A stretch of DNA of 63,952 nt, filler included, from Stramenopiles sp. TOSAG23-2 (GCA_900128395.1; 23 parts of 23 records of this genome joined end to end with filler, not necessarily neighbours in it), one strand, 5' to 3'; positions 12,674 to 25,042 are shown, numbered from the whole stretch's first letter. Notes: a model not told the origin generated them from the sequence alone. Translations and numbers: made by a program.

Positions 12674-13963
12674 TTAAAATTTAAAATTTTCAATTTTTAT
12701 TTTTTTTAATTCTTTTGCACGTTTTCCACCTTTTAAACGTATAAGATCAACGATCTCTTGTTTAATTGGACTTTTATTATTATATGCATAGTCCAGGGGA
12801 GTGAATCCGTACCTCCTGGTCTTCTTATTAATGCTATTAAGAGACATATTAGTTACTAAGAACTCAATCAACTTAGTATTCGTTCTGTTATTATCTGCTG
12901 CATAATGTAATGCATTCCATCCAATATAACTTGCAATATTAGGATCAGCTTTACATTGTTCAATCAAACATTGAACTACGTGGAAATGTTCGTACTTTGC
13001 AGCTATCATTAAAGGTGTATATTTACCACCATCACTAGCTTTACCAACTTGATTCACGTATTCTTTCAATGTCATATTACCATTACTACCATTCAGATCA
13101 TTACGGCATATAATCAATAATTTCACATCATCAAAACGCCTCTTTTCGCATGCACATACCAATGGTGAACGGCTTGATCCAAACTCTTTTTCATAACGAT
13201 ACTTTAACGTATCTACAACAGCCTTTTTCTCATCCTTCATCAAATTACCACCTTTCGATAATAAATATTTCACAATATCTGTTTTACCATGAAATGCACT
13301 TAAATATATAACAGATTTACCATTTCCATCTAATGCATGGATGTTCATATTAAATTCTTCAATTAGAAATTTTACGATTGATAAATATCCATTTAATCCA
13401 GCTAGCTGCAAACAATTTTGATGCCTACCAAATGTTTTTCCTCCTACTAGAGTCAAATCACGATCATATTGATGAACTAACATCTTTGCATCTTTCAAGG
13501 TTAATGTACCATATTTGGTGCCATGAATTAATTCAAAACCTGGATTATTGCCATATTTGCGAGGTAAAATAATTTTATAATATGCATGGTGTAATAATAA
13601 TACATTAAGAAATAGTTTCGTTGTTTTAGCAAACATATTTATCAATGATACAGTATCATCACAAAGATATGGTATGATAAAATTGATACAAATGTCATCA
13701 ATACCACGTAATTTTGAAAAATCTTGTTTTACTTTTTTAATAACATCTTTGTTACTTAGATTATTTAATCCAAAATTGCCTAGTACTACCATTCGTTCCA
13801 ATACTTGTCGCCTTTCCTCTTCTGGTATGTCAGCATTATTAGATATATAATCATTAAACGATTTTATAAATACTGATGACGATGTTGTTGATTTTTTATT
13901 CTGTAGCATAACAATTGTTGATGAACGCTGTTGTGATAAATTATTATTATTTTGATTATTCAT
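12674..13963 (-). CDS. Ankyrin-repeat protein
   Basis: GKSVIYLSAFHGKTDIVKYLL, TPLMIAA, GWNALHYAA, GFTPLDYA. Confidence 0.9.
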   Translation of the reverse strand: MNNQNNNNLSQQRSSTIVMLQNKKSTTSSSVFIKSFNDYISNNADIPEEERRQVLERMVVLGNFGLNNLSNKDVIKKVKQDFSKLRGIDDICINFIIPYLCDDTVSLINMFAKTTKLFLNVLLLHHAYYKIILPRKYGNNPGFELIHGTKYGTLTLKDAKMLVHQYDRDLTLVGGKTFGRHQNCLQLAGLNGYLSIVKFLIEEFNMNIHALDGNGKSVIYLSAFHGKTDIVKYLLSKGGNLMKDEKKAVVDTLKYRYEKEFGSSRSPLVCACEKRRFDDVKLLIICRNDLNGSNGNMTLKEYVNQVGKASDGGKYTPLMIAAKYEHFHVVQCLIEQCKADPNIASYIGWNALHYAADNNRTNTKLIEFLVTNMSLNSINKKTRRYGFTPLDYAYNNKSPIKQEIVDLIRLKGGKRAKELKKIKIENFKF

Positions 13964-13994
13964 AATGCCAGAATGAGAAATAAAATGGTTATTT

Positions 13995-14284
13995 ATGATC
14001 TCTAAATGTCAAATATATATATAATATATTGTAAATGTCGTATTGTATATATATATATATTGCAAAGTCGCACAAACGTTGTTAAATTGTATATTATAAA
14101 ATAATTTGTTTTGATTTCTAAATGTCAAACATCAAATAGTATATAATATATATATATATATTATAATGCAAAGTGGCACAAATTGTTATATTATAAATTG
14201 ATTATGTATATATATGATCTCTAAATGTCAAATAGTATATATATATATGTATATTGCAAAGTGGCACAAACGTTGTTATATTGT
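13995..14284 (+). repeat. Three degenerate copies of a roughly 100-bp unit
   Basis: Recurring TCTAAATGTCAAA..(TA)n..TGCAAAGTGGCACAAA. Confidence 0.75.
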
Positions 14285-14887
14285 ATTTGGTACACGCGGT
14301 GGAGGTATGATGATCGCGTTTACCAATGTATATGTACGATGCCACTTTCTACTTTTATACCGGTATTATAAATCGCCCGTCCATCTCTCACTTTCTTTCT
14401 TCTTTGGTGTATTAGTGTATTATTATATGAACTCTGCTCTACTATACTCTGCTGTGAAAGGAGTGTTGGTCCGTAAAAGTGTTGGTCATATATATTACCA
14501 TACAATTATCAATATATAGACAATAGACACATATACCAAAATGAGAAAAAAAGAATATATACATATGTAAACAATCAAATTTAACACAGATAACGTTGAA
14601 TACAGCATGGCATCAACAGTTACTAATACAACAACAACAACAAAACAACTAAAACAATCAACGATTGAAGCGTTGGAAGAGGAACGTGCAGAGCCAATTA
14701 AGATTGGTACATTNNNNNNNNNNNNNNNNNNNNNNNNNNNNNNNNNNNNNNNNNNNNTTAATTAATTAANNNNNNNNNNNNNNNNNNNNNNNNNNNNNNN
14801 NNNNNNNNNNNNNGTATCATTATTCATAAACATTGAAGGCAATGATCCATTTCCACCATCTTTCTCATTGCTAAATATGTTCATGAA

Positions 14888-16138
14888 TTGGCAATATTAC
14901 CTGCAACAAAAGGTAATACAACAAATAATAATAATAATAATATGATATATAAACAGCTTACATCATCATTAACAAAAAAGAATAATAATAATAATCTTCG
15001 TCGCATTGAACATAATCATCCACCTGTATATGATCGTCGTTCTGGGGAATTATACGAATATGATAAATTAGGCCGTGTACCATATGTTTTAGCTGCTACA
15101 GTCATCTGTTTACGGAGAAGAAAGCAACCATTTGATGCTATAAAAATATATGAACATGATTTAGCAATTGATAAAGATGGTGGAAATGGATCATTGCCTT
15201 CAATGTTTATGAATAATGATACGAAAGTTTTGGAATTTAGTAAGTACATATATACATATAACACAAAATGCACAAACTAACAATAACAAAACACACATAC
15301 ACTTGCGCATATATATAAACAATACGATATTAAAGAATCTGGATTTGAATTATTGGTGGGACAAAGTTTAGTTGTCAATTATCTAAAGACAGATACAATT
15401 TTTGACCCAAATGATAATATCAAATTTATGAGGTATCCTGGCGAATGGCTCTTCCCAGGTGGTGCAGTTGAAACTAATGAAACTATTAATCAAGCTGCAC
15501 GTAGAGAGTTAATGGAAGAATTTTTAGTCAATGTTAATGATACAAATAATGAACATACGAAAATACGCCCATTTCTTGCATCCCAAACAAGAAAAATCAA
15601 GGGTAAATCCAATTTAATGGTAAATATGATTGCTATGTTAAATGAAAATACTTGGCTACAAAATATAAATATTGAAGATAAAAATTTAGAATTGAAACAA
15701 AAACGTTTACATGTCGAGAAGTTAATGAAAGAAGGCAAATGGAAAAGCATGACAAAAGAAGAGCGAGAGGAACTATCACCAGAAATGTATCAATTGAAAT
15801 GGATGAAAATAGAAGAATTAGTATTAATCATGCAACGCTCTATATCTATTGAATCCAATGTTTTCTATGTAAACGATTATCAACGAAAAGAATTTGCAAA
15901 ATATAATATAAAAGTAAGATCGCCATTAAGTGTCACAATGATTACAGTTGTACAAGTCGAGATGAAAGATAGAATGAATCAATTAATAAGCAATGAAAGT
16001 TTTGATAAAATGATTGATGACGCGAGCTTTACATTTAGCAATAATATTGTTGCGTTAGGGAAACCAAATCATGGCGTGAATGGTCAAAGTGGTGATGTGG
16101 AAAGTAATAGTGGGAATAGTCGTATGTCTAAAATGTAA
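14888..16138 (+). CDS. Nudix hydrolase, two exons (intron 15240-15335), 5' end uncertain
   Basis: Nudix box FPGGAVETNETINQAARRELMEEF; phase-1 GTAAGT..AAG intron joins the two ORFs in frame (EFKSGFELLVGQ). Confidence 0.85.
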
Positions 16139-16592
16139 AATATATATATACTTGTTTCTATAGTCCTGTGTGTTAATTTTAGTGCCAAGTAAAAAGGGTT
16201 TCTTTTTCTATAATTCAGTTGTCAAATACGATGTGTACAGCATTATATAGCATTCGCACAATATTATAACACACAACACCGTGGTTTTTCTGGCTTTTCT
16301 CCATTTTTCTTCCAACATAAACAGTCTTCCAGTCTTCCTTTTACACAGCCTTCTGGCCTTCTGTGGCCTTCCAGCCTTCCAGTATTAATAATATAGGATA
16401 AAAAATAATATTCAAACCAGCAACCAACAAACAACACACAAAAACACTAACACCACCACTTCTTTATTATTCTGGTGGCTATCATAATAAATTGTATATC
16501 GAGAACAAAGGTCACATTATCCTAAACAATATAAAAGTTTTTCAACCAATCTAAAATCATTGTTACACACACTTGTACATTCAATACGGACC

Positions 16593-17651
16593 ATGTTGAA
16601 TTTCACTCCTGGCCCTGTCACGTTGCTTAACAATATATTAGAAGCGGAGCAACCTCCTCCACATAGATGTAACCGATTTGAAGATTTATATGCTAAAATG
16701 AACTTAAGACTATTAAATTATTTAAACTGTGATGAATCTAAGTATAGGTCTATAATAATTCCAGGAAGCGGTACAATCGGAATAGAGTGCCTTATTTTAA
16801 GTTATTCTAGTAAGAAAAATTGCTTATACTTATCAAACGGATCTTTTGGTGATAGATGGAGTGATATTGCACATATATATAGAGAAAATATTCATATATA
16901 CAAAAGAAATACTGGAGACAATTTAGATTATGACGAAATAGAAAATATTATTAAAGAAAAGAATATTGAAAGTGTATTTTTAGTTCACCATGAGACGTCA
17001 TCGTGTGTATTAAATGATGTTGCAGCGCTAAATAATGTGTGCATAAAGCATAATGTTGATATAATCTTGGATGCTGTATCCACCATTGCCGTAACAGAAA
17101 TCGATTTAGAAAAATTAAGTACAGTTTCCTTTATCTCATTCAGTAGCAACAAAGGCTTACTGAGCTATCCTGGTATATCATTTATTATAGGAAAAATTGA
17201 AAAGTTTGAAGAATGTCAAACTTATAAAAATAAGAGCTTTTACCTTGATTTAAATAGATATTTCGATTACAGCAAAATCAATCAAACACCAACCACACCG
17301 GCAGTTGGTGTAATACAACAAACTTATAAATCGATGAACAATTTACCGAAATTTACAAAATATATTGATTTGAATAAATATATAATTGAAGAAATGAAAA
17401 AAATCAATATTTCTGAAGTAGAGGTTAAAGATAAATTTTATTTTTGTACAAATTTTTGGTATCCAAAAAATTTAAATGAAGGTGATTTTTTCAAATACTT
17501 GGAACAAGAGAAGATTTATATTTATAAATGCAAACAAGGTTTGAAAGGAAAAGCTTTCCAAGTGAGTAATCTTGGGGAAGTGACCAAAGAAGATGTTGAT
17601 TATATGATCAAAAAGCTTGATGCATATTTTAGTACTTTGACATCAGACTGA
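16593..17651 (+). CDS. PLP-dependent class-V aminotransferase (serine-pyruvate / 2-aminoethylphosphonate transaminase-like)
   Basis: LNFTPGP, GSGT, NGSFGDRW, VHHETSS, DAVST, SSNKGL (PLP Lys), TPTTP. Confidence 0.9.
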   Translation: MLNFTPGPVTLLNNILEAEQPPPHRCNRFEDLYAKMNLRLLNYLNCDESKYRSIIIPGSGTIGIECLILSYSSKKNCLYLSNGSFGDRWSDIAHIYRENIHIYKRNTGDNLDYDEIENIIKEKNIESVFLVHHETSSCVLNDVAALNNVCIKHNVDIILDAVSTIAVTEIDLEKLSTVSFISFSSNKGLLSYPGISFIIGKIEKFEECQTYKNKSFYLDLNRYFDYSKINQTPTTPAVGVIQQTYKSMNNLPKFTKYIDLNKYIIEEMKKINISEVEVKDKFYFCTNFWYPKNLNEGDFFKYLEQEKIYIYKCKQGLKGKAFQVSNLGEVTKEDVDYMIKKLDAYFSTLTSD

Positions 17652-17784
17652 TATTTTTGGATGATATACTNNNNNNNNNNNNNNNNNNNNNNNNNNNNNN
17701 NNNNNNNNNNNNNNTTAATTAATTAANNNNNNNNNNNNNNNNNNNNNNNNNNNNNNNNNNNNNNNNNNNNCTACATATATACAT

Positions 17785-19014
17785 TTACAAATACGTACGA
17801 TTTGGTACCAATGCATCGTAATGCCTGAAAAAAAAAAAAAATACATTTTAAAAGCTATATGGTTAGTCATTTTGATATATAAATATATATAGATGCATGT
17901 TTTTCATATAGAAAGTGAAAGAAAAAAAAAAAAGAAACAACAAAACTTACACCCTACCACCATACAATATATGTACCGTTTTGCCATTTTTATTTACATT
18001 GAAACAACTAATACGTCTAAAACCACTACTACGACTAAACATGCCACCTTTTTTTTCATACACATGTACATTGACTTTATATAAATGACTAAATGCAGCC
18101 ATTTCAATACCACCACCCCAACCACCACGTGACATTCTAGATGCATATGTTTTTACACTACTATTGGATTCCCATTTAATCCAATCCGATAATGGTGAAT
18201 CTGCTATTTTTAATCTTGGATTTTTGGCAATGAAATTTGCAATTTCACGTCGTAATGTTGATGCACGTGTACCATTGGATAAACCATAACATAATGAATG
18301 AAATAAACAGGAACCATCTCCGGGTTGTCGTACAACTTTTGCTTTTTTTAATACAAAATTACCACCACCACCACCAATACTACGTCCTTTACCTTTTTGT
18401 TCATCTGGATGGGAACCACGTTTTTTTCTATAATGTGGACAATTTGCTGTTGAATGTTTTTTACTATCACATTTATCACATGTTGTTGTTGTGGATGATG
18501 ATTTCTTATTGGTTTGACTGGATAATATATCATTTGTATTATCATCATCATTATTATCAGAAGAATAAGTATCATCATCTTCTTCTGAATCATAGTAACT
18601 ATTATTATTACTACGTGTAATTCTTGATCGTCTTTTATTACTATGGTTGGAATATGATGATCGATTTGTGGAAGAAATGGAGGATTTACGACTGAAAAGT
18701 TGGGATAAACTACTTGTACGTATATTATCTTTTGATGTGGTATCACGTCTTCCTCGTCGCCCAGTCCTATTATTACTACTACGTAATGAACTTCCATCAG
18801 TACTGCTATTATTATATGATGAGGAATATGTAGAAGATAATTTTTCTGTTCTATTATTATTATTATTATTATTAGTATCACGTGATGATAAACGAGTTTT
18901 ACTACTACTATATGGTGAGGTTGTACGTCCTAAACTATTCCTACCACTGTTACGTAATGTTGAGGATCCACTACGTTTATTACGTAATGATGATGTTCGC
19001 GATCTGGAAAACAT
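17785..19014 (-). CDS. OTU-family deubiquitinase with Ser/Arg-rich N-terminus and Cys/His knuckle; intron 17825-17950
   Basis: PGDGSCLFHSL, WGGGIE; splicing GTAAG..CAG restores GGRVHYDALV (catalytic His). Confidence 0.9.
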
Positions 19015-20913
19015 GTTGTATATATTTTTTTAAAGTTTATTTGTGGATGTATATAATATTTATTATTCTACCTAGATAGATATAATTATCCAATAATTTT
19101 AATTAATGGAAGATGAAAGATGATGAGACGGAAAAAATAAAAATAAAAATATAAAATGTTATATATTTTTTTTTCTCCGTCGTATATATACAATAAAACT
19201 ATTATTATGATTATTATAAATAAATATTACAACAATTTATTTCCGTATACATACATGTTTATTTATACACATACTTCCAAGCCCCTCTTTCCAATTCATT
19301 GATTTTTTATGCATTTTTTTAACGTCAGAGAGAGGGGGGCAGGCGGGGGGCGCGGGGGGTTGAAATTGCACTTTTACTGTGTACTTAGAGTACTAGAAAT
19401 ATACTTGAAGATGGTGGAAAATGAACCTATATGTATTGATAACACTATGAAATAATGTACTAAATGATGTGGAATATTACCTAGAAAAAAGAGTATAGGA
19501 TGATCGGCGTCCTTACGCTACAAATTAATTGTACTTGAAAGCATCTGGAAATTTGACCTGAACTGTGATGCAAGAGCAAATACAAGGATGCAATGATGTG
19601 TTGTGTTATTTGCATGTTTTCACTTTTTTCCCATAGTCCTTCGTTTTATTTTCATTTATGTCCCTGTGTTGTAGCATGAAGCTGATGGAAGCGGAAGCCG
19701 GAAACCGAAGGAAGTTTTGGAGGCGATTTCGGAAAAAAGTAGTAGTAGACTTGATGATGTTTATATTGTTACTGGTATAAATTGCCTATTAAAATATGAT
19801 AAAAATATATAATAAGATACAAATAGTATTAAATCTCCTCCCAATCAATCGTACATAACGAAAAAGCGCTATCTTTGGACAATATAAGCTACAGAAAGCC
19901 TAGTTTTATAAAAATAATAAATCGACGACGAGATCAGTACACACAATTGTGTGAAGTTAAAGTGTAAAGTGTAAAGTGTAAACGTGTAAAGTGTAAAGTG
20001 AATCTCTCTCCTCCTCCTCTCCTATATTTATCTTTGGAAACCCCGCTATACTTCATATTGTACATTATGGCATAATCCTCTCCTATTACTGTGATGATAG
20101 CAGGATAGCAGGTGCGACAGTCTCGATCAGTCGATCATCTTTGGCTGTTTCTGGCTTTCCAATCCAACAAATCATCAAATTTGGATGGTTTGTGTGGTTC
20201 AGGGATTCAACCTACAATTAGCACCAATACCTTTACGAAAAATTATAACACATCAAAATAAAACGTAGGAGTATTGAAAAAAAGAAGAGACCCAACTCCT
20301 ATTTTATAACGAAAACACCTTTTGTGCTTTTTTCTTAAAATTAATTTATATATGTGTGGTGTGTGATCCACCATAACTATCGATCGTTTCGTTTCAAATA
20401 TAATACAACAAAAAAACAAAAACAAAAACAATTACGTTTCATTTGTAATATAAAATATATATATATATATATATATATCAATATATTTCAATATAATAAT
20501 AAACATAAAAAAATAAATATATATTTTTTTTTTTTAAAAAAAAATCATCATCAATCATGTTTTTACAATCGAAAAAAACACAACAACAAATATTAGCAAC
20601 TTCCCCTGTTGTACACGCAACAAGTGNNNNNNNNNNNNNNNNNNNNNNNNNNNNNNNNNNNNNNNNNNNNTTAATTAATTAANNNNNNNNNNNNNNNNNN
20701 NNNNNNNNNNNNNNNNNNNNNNNNNNCCTGCAACGCAGTACATGACTTTTGAATCTCCATTTGTTATATGTTCCATTTCAATTTGCCAATCCGGCCAACA
20801 CACACTCTTTACTCTATTTAACAAAACTTTTTTATTTTTTTAGTCGGAACACACGACGCCTAACTTTATTTTTTATTTATAAAAAATACTTTGTTTACCG
20901 TACCCTCTCTTTA

Positions 20914-22611
20914 TTACAATTTCCCACCACGTGTAATATTTTGTTGAATATATGCTGGATTCACTATTACCCCAGTTTTATCACCATATTGTGTTAAACT
21001 ATTCAAATCCTTGATTCGTATTGGTGTAATAGAATCACAACAACAAACGAAATTAGGTGATGGAATATTGTATTGATTACCAGTCCATGTAATTTCACCA
21101 TTACTTAAATTGAATCGAAAGATTCCAACTGTATCACTATCTTGATTTGCGACAATCATCCATTGACCACTAGCATCAAATTGGAAATGACGTGGTGTTG
21201 CCCCACGTGTATGTTGTAAAATTGGATCTAATAATAATCCAGTTTCTTGATCAACGGGGAATACACATACACTATCATGTCCACGGTTCGATACAATGAC
21301 AAAACGCCCAGAATTATGAACATGTAAACGTCCACATGTATTCATATCTTGTGGGAATCCTCCCGGTATCGTACTAACACTTTGTATATGTACTAAACTT
21401 TGTTCGATTTTAAAATCAGAACCAAATTTTTGTGCAGATAAAATAATACGTTTAGCAGCATCACGATCAAAATGAAAAATAGCGACTTCAGAGGACAATT
21501 CATTTACTACATATGCAATTGGAAACGTTGGATGAAATTCAATATACCGTGGGCCTAATGCTACGACACCTTTCTTCCCACTGCTAATATGACCTGCTGC
21601 TGTTAATTTACCATTTTCATCATCGTAAATAACTTGACGTATTAAATCCATACCTAAATCTGGTATATATGCAATTTTACCGTAAAATGGATCTAAAATC
21701 ACTGCATGGGAATGTGGGTCTAATTGTCGTTCTTTTTGCGCTGAACTGTTATTAATGGAATGGTTCACATGAGATCCAGCTTTTACTGCCATTTGTCTAC
21801 CAAAATTTGGATCGTAAACATCAGTAGCATTGGATTTAATTATACCACTAATAGGATCTATTGGTAAAACTACAATCGTTGCATTCCAATAATTCACTAC
21901 AAGTGCATGTTTTTGTTTACGATCTAATGTGATGTAACAAGTGGATGTACCGTGGGCGTCTGATAGCGAGCGAAGCGAAGCCGAATGTGATAATACGATC
22001 GATTAGCGAGCGAAGCGAAGCCGTATGTAACAATACGATCGATTAGCGAGCGAAGCGAAGCCGTATGTAACAATACGATCGATGTTTGTATGATATACAT
22101 GTTAGTCATAAAATCCTGCACCGTGTTTGTGGAGCGTTATATACATAAGTGGTGTGATATGATGTCCTAAACTACCTGCCAGAGGTTGGCGAGAACATAT
22201 CCCTTCCAACATGGTGATCTACGCTCGGCTCGCCAACCTCTGGCAGGTAGGATATGAACTATATGTATGTCTATATATATATTCTTATTACTACTTACCT
22301 GACGATTCCAATTGCTTTAATTTACCAGTTAATGGGTTTACTTCCCATGAAACGATTTGACCATTTTCTTCTACAGATTCTGTACAAGCATATAAAATAT
22401 TTTTATATGGGTGTACACGTGAAAATGCAGGATTCATAACAGCTTGTGGTGTATTACTTTCATGTGCGTTAACAGATACTAACGTCATTTGGCCATTGGA
22501 TGTATTTAAACGATATGTCCACATCGAATGTTTCGCTTCTGTTCCTGTTGGTCCATGCGCCAAATTGTTAAAGCGCGTGTACGACGAGACGACTACAAGT
22601 GGGTTGTTCAT
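20914..22611 (-). CDS. 6-phosphogluconolactonase-like 7-bladed beta-propeller (Pgl/YbhE family); intron 21960-22298
   Basis: PHSHAV, PDLGMD, GPRYIEFHP, VVNELSS, SNRGHDS, TPRHF, VANQDSD; in-frame splice gives ESSDAHGTSTCYITLD. Confidence 0.92.
21964..22083 (+). repeat. 3 x 40-bp tandem repeat at the intron 3' end
   Basis: TAGCGAGCGAAGCGAAGCCG(T/A)ATGT..AATACGATCGAT at 21964, 22004, 22044. Confidence 0.95.
22172..22250. repeat. Perfect 22-bp inverted repeat (hairpin) inside the intron
   Basis: CTACCTGCCAGAGGTTGGCGAG (22172-22193) and its exact reverse complement (22229-22250), 35-nt loop. Confidence 0.95.
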
Positions 22612-23374
22612 TGTTTTTTTTCGTTTTTTTTTTCTTTTTGGTAATCAAAAGAGGTTGGTTTTTCTGTATTGTTTTTAATAACTGTAGATATAGTATACTA
22701 TAATGTAATGTAATAAAATATATACAGAATTTATATATTGGAGGTAAAGATAAAATCGAATGTATGGAATAATATTACCTGTTGTTTTTTTTTTATATAT
22801 AACTAGTATATATAAAAGATAATACAGATATAATTTTGTAATGGAATGTTGTTTCACATTTCAATATCGATGAAAGGTGCATTGTGTATGTGTGTGGTAA
22901 TGTATATATATCATTTCGTGGAAACAATCAAAAAACAAGGAAAAAATAATCAATACTGTGTAGTATTAAAATCTGCTGAATCGCGTGCCTGCGTAAAAAT
23001 GGTAAAATAGTAGTACAAATTTATTGTACTCTTTTTGTAAGTGTTGATAGGAACTTTGGTTAGATTTCTTACATTTTGTACTCCGGGAGGTGCTATTTAC
23101 TACTGTTTCTTCTATACCAAAAATCCTTCTGACTTCAATTGCAATATTATTGATTTTCGTTCGGAGGGGAGGTACAGCAGCAAATTAGAATACAATTATT
23201 ATACGAATAATACCCTATAGTTAAAACGGAATGTTGTGATGCTGTGTCGCTGCTAGCGAGGTGCTGAAAAAGTTAGAGATTCGCAACAAAATGTTTCTTT
23301 TTATATATACCAAAAAATTTCATTTCCTTATAAGAAGCAAACGCGAAGAAGCAATTCCAGCGTTTCCATCAACT

Positions 23375-23447
23375 GCCCGTCTAGCTCAGTTGGTAGAGCG
23401 CCAGCCTTTTAAGCTGGTGGTCATGGGTTCGAGCCCCATGGTGGGCA
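23375..23447 (+). tRNA. tRNA-Lys (anticodon UUU)
   Basis: Cloverleaf GCCCGTC..TAGCTCAGTTGGTAGAGC..CCAGC-CTTTTAA-GCTGG..GGTTCGAGCCC..GGTGGGCA, followed by a T-run terminator. Confidence 0.97.
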
Positions 23448-23679
23448 TTTCTTTTTTATTTCCTCTGAACTGCATTTTTGGTATTTTAATAACAGTCTAA
23501 CATGAACATACTGTTGCTAAAAATATATACACAAACCATCTATTTTACCTGGAACAATTGTAAAAGCAAACGTTGCAAANNNNNNNNNNNNNNNNNNNNN
23601 NNNNNNNNNNNNNNNNNNNNNNNTTAATTAATTAANNNNNNNNNNNNNNNNNNNNNNNNNNNNNNNNNNNNNNNNNNNN

Positions 23680-24230
23680 ATATCCCATTATCAAACCCGG
23701 TTTCCGACCAACAATAATCAGTACATAACTTGGCACAATTTAAATCACTATTCTCCTTTTTGTAGCATAAAGGATTACCGGAAAAGTATGACTCGAAATG
23801 ATTTTTATTTTTCATCATATTTTTCATATTATCCGAGATGGAAGATATGCTATTATTTCTAGCATCTAAATAACGTAACTTTTTGAAAGTCTCTAAGCCA
23901 CTTAGTGTTTTCAACCCACAACGTGCAACACTAAAGTAGTCGATTGTTTCTTTGAAACTGCTCATTTTGGTTGGAAGCACCTCCATGATATTTCCATCTA
24001 GCCATAAGAAAATAATGGATGGAAGTTGGACAGAACTCAATTCAGTTGAAATTGGGATACTGTTGTTACCAATATGTAAGTAAAGTAAACTTGGTAGATT
24101 GATGTTTGTAATATCTTGTGGCATTTGTAGTCCAACATTACTATTCAATTGTAAAATTGCTATCTCAGGATGTCGCCATACGTTATCGTTGCATTTTGTA
24201 ATATTATTATATCGCAACGATAATCGATTT
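23680..24230 (-). CDS. Leucine-rich repeat protein fragment with Cys-rich cap
   Basis: LxxLxLxxN repeats (LSLRYNNI, LLYLHIGNN, LWLDGN, LRYLDARNN), SGNPLC cap; truncated at both ends. Confidence 0.8.
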
Positions 24231-24231
24231 A

Positions 24232-25014
24232 AATGCGACCAGTAGTGATTATAAATGGAATGCCTACACAGCATCAACAGCAGAATGTAGTGATAAATAT
24301 AAATGTATATGCAAACCAAAAACATGTAGCAAATGCCCAATCAATACATATAGTGAAGGTGGCCCCGATCCAACATGTAAACCATGTGTATGGCGGTGGT
24401 CAAAAGGAACGGTCAAAAGAACAACTACAAATTTCAAAACAGGACAATCAAAATGTATTTCCATACCACCAATAAAATGCGAAGCAGGGTTCGGATATAA
24501 AATTGGAGACGGTATCACAAAACGAAAAAAATGCACAAAATGTTCAACAAATAGCTATTCTGCTGGTGGTAACGATATTAAATGCACTCTCTGTCCAAGT
24601 ATCCGACCTATAACCAAAACTGTAGACGAGGGTAAAGTGATTACATCAAGCGCAACGAACAAAAATCAATGCCGTAAAAGAAGTTGGTGCCCAGCTGGTC
24701 ATGTTTTATCCTCTGACAACAAGGGTGGGTGCACACCATGCCCAGAAAATCAATATTATCCAACAGAAAATCATAATCAGAAAATTTGTCGACGATGTGC
24801 AGTAGGTCTAACAACAAATGGTAAAACTGGCCAAGCGCAATGCGAGGTAGATGCCGTCATCAGGAAACAATTAGATGCAATCAAAGAAACACAAAACGAT
24901 TTATCTATTAAAAATTCACGTTTATGGCAAAAAGAAAAAACACGTATACGACATGATGAAATAATGAAAAAACGTAAACGAGCAGATAAATATATCAATC
25001 TACTATATCTATAA
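24232..25014 (+). CDS. Cys-rich repeat (TNFR/GCC2_GCC3-like) protein fragment with NSRLW..HDEI block; paralog of 44361-46361
   Basis: Frame open 24202-25014: CSKCPINTYSEGGPDPTCKPC, CTKCSTNSYSAGG, CTPCPENQY, then LSIKNSRLWQKEKTRIRHDEIMKKRK. Confidence 0.8.
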   Translation, partial: NATSSDYKWNAYTASTAECSDKYKCICKPKTCSKCPINTYSEGGPDPTCKPCVWRWSKGTVKRTTTNFKTGQSKCISIPPIKCEAGFGYKIGDGITKRKKCTKCSTNSYSAGGNDIKCTLCPSIRPITKTVDEGKVITSSATNKNQCRKRSWCPAGHVLSSDNKGGCTPCPENQYYPTENHNQKICRRCAVGLTTNGKTGQAQCEVDAVIRKQLDAIKETQNDLSIKNSRLWQKEKTRIRHDEIMKKRKRADKYINLLYL

Positions 25015-25042
25015 ATGAAAATCTCAATCGTATATTTTTTCC

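Noticed and set aside
23261..23500. 79-aa ORF
   Set aside because: Spurious frame overlapping the tRNA-Lys gene.
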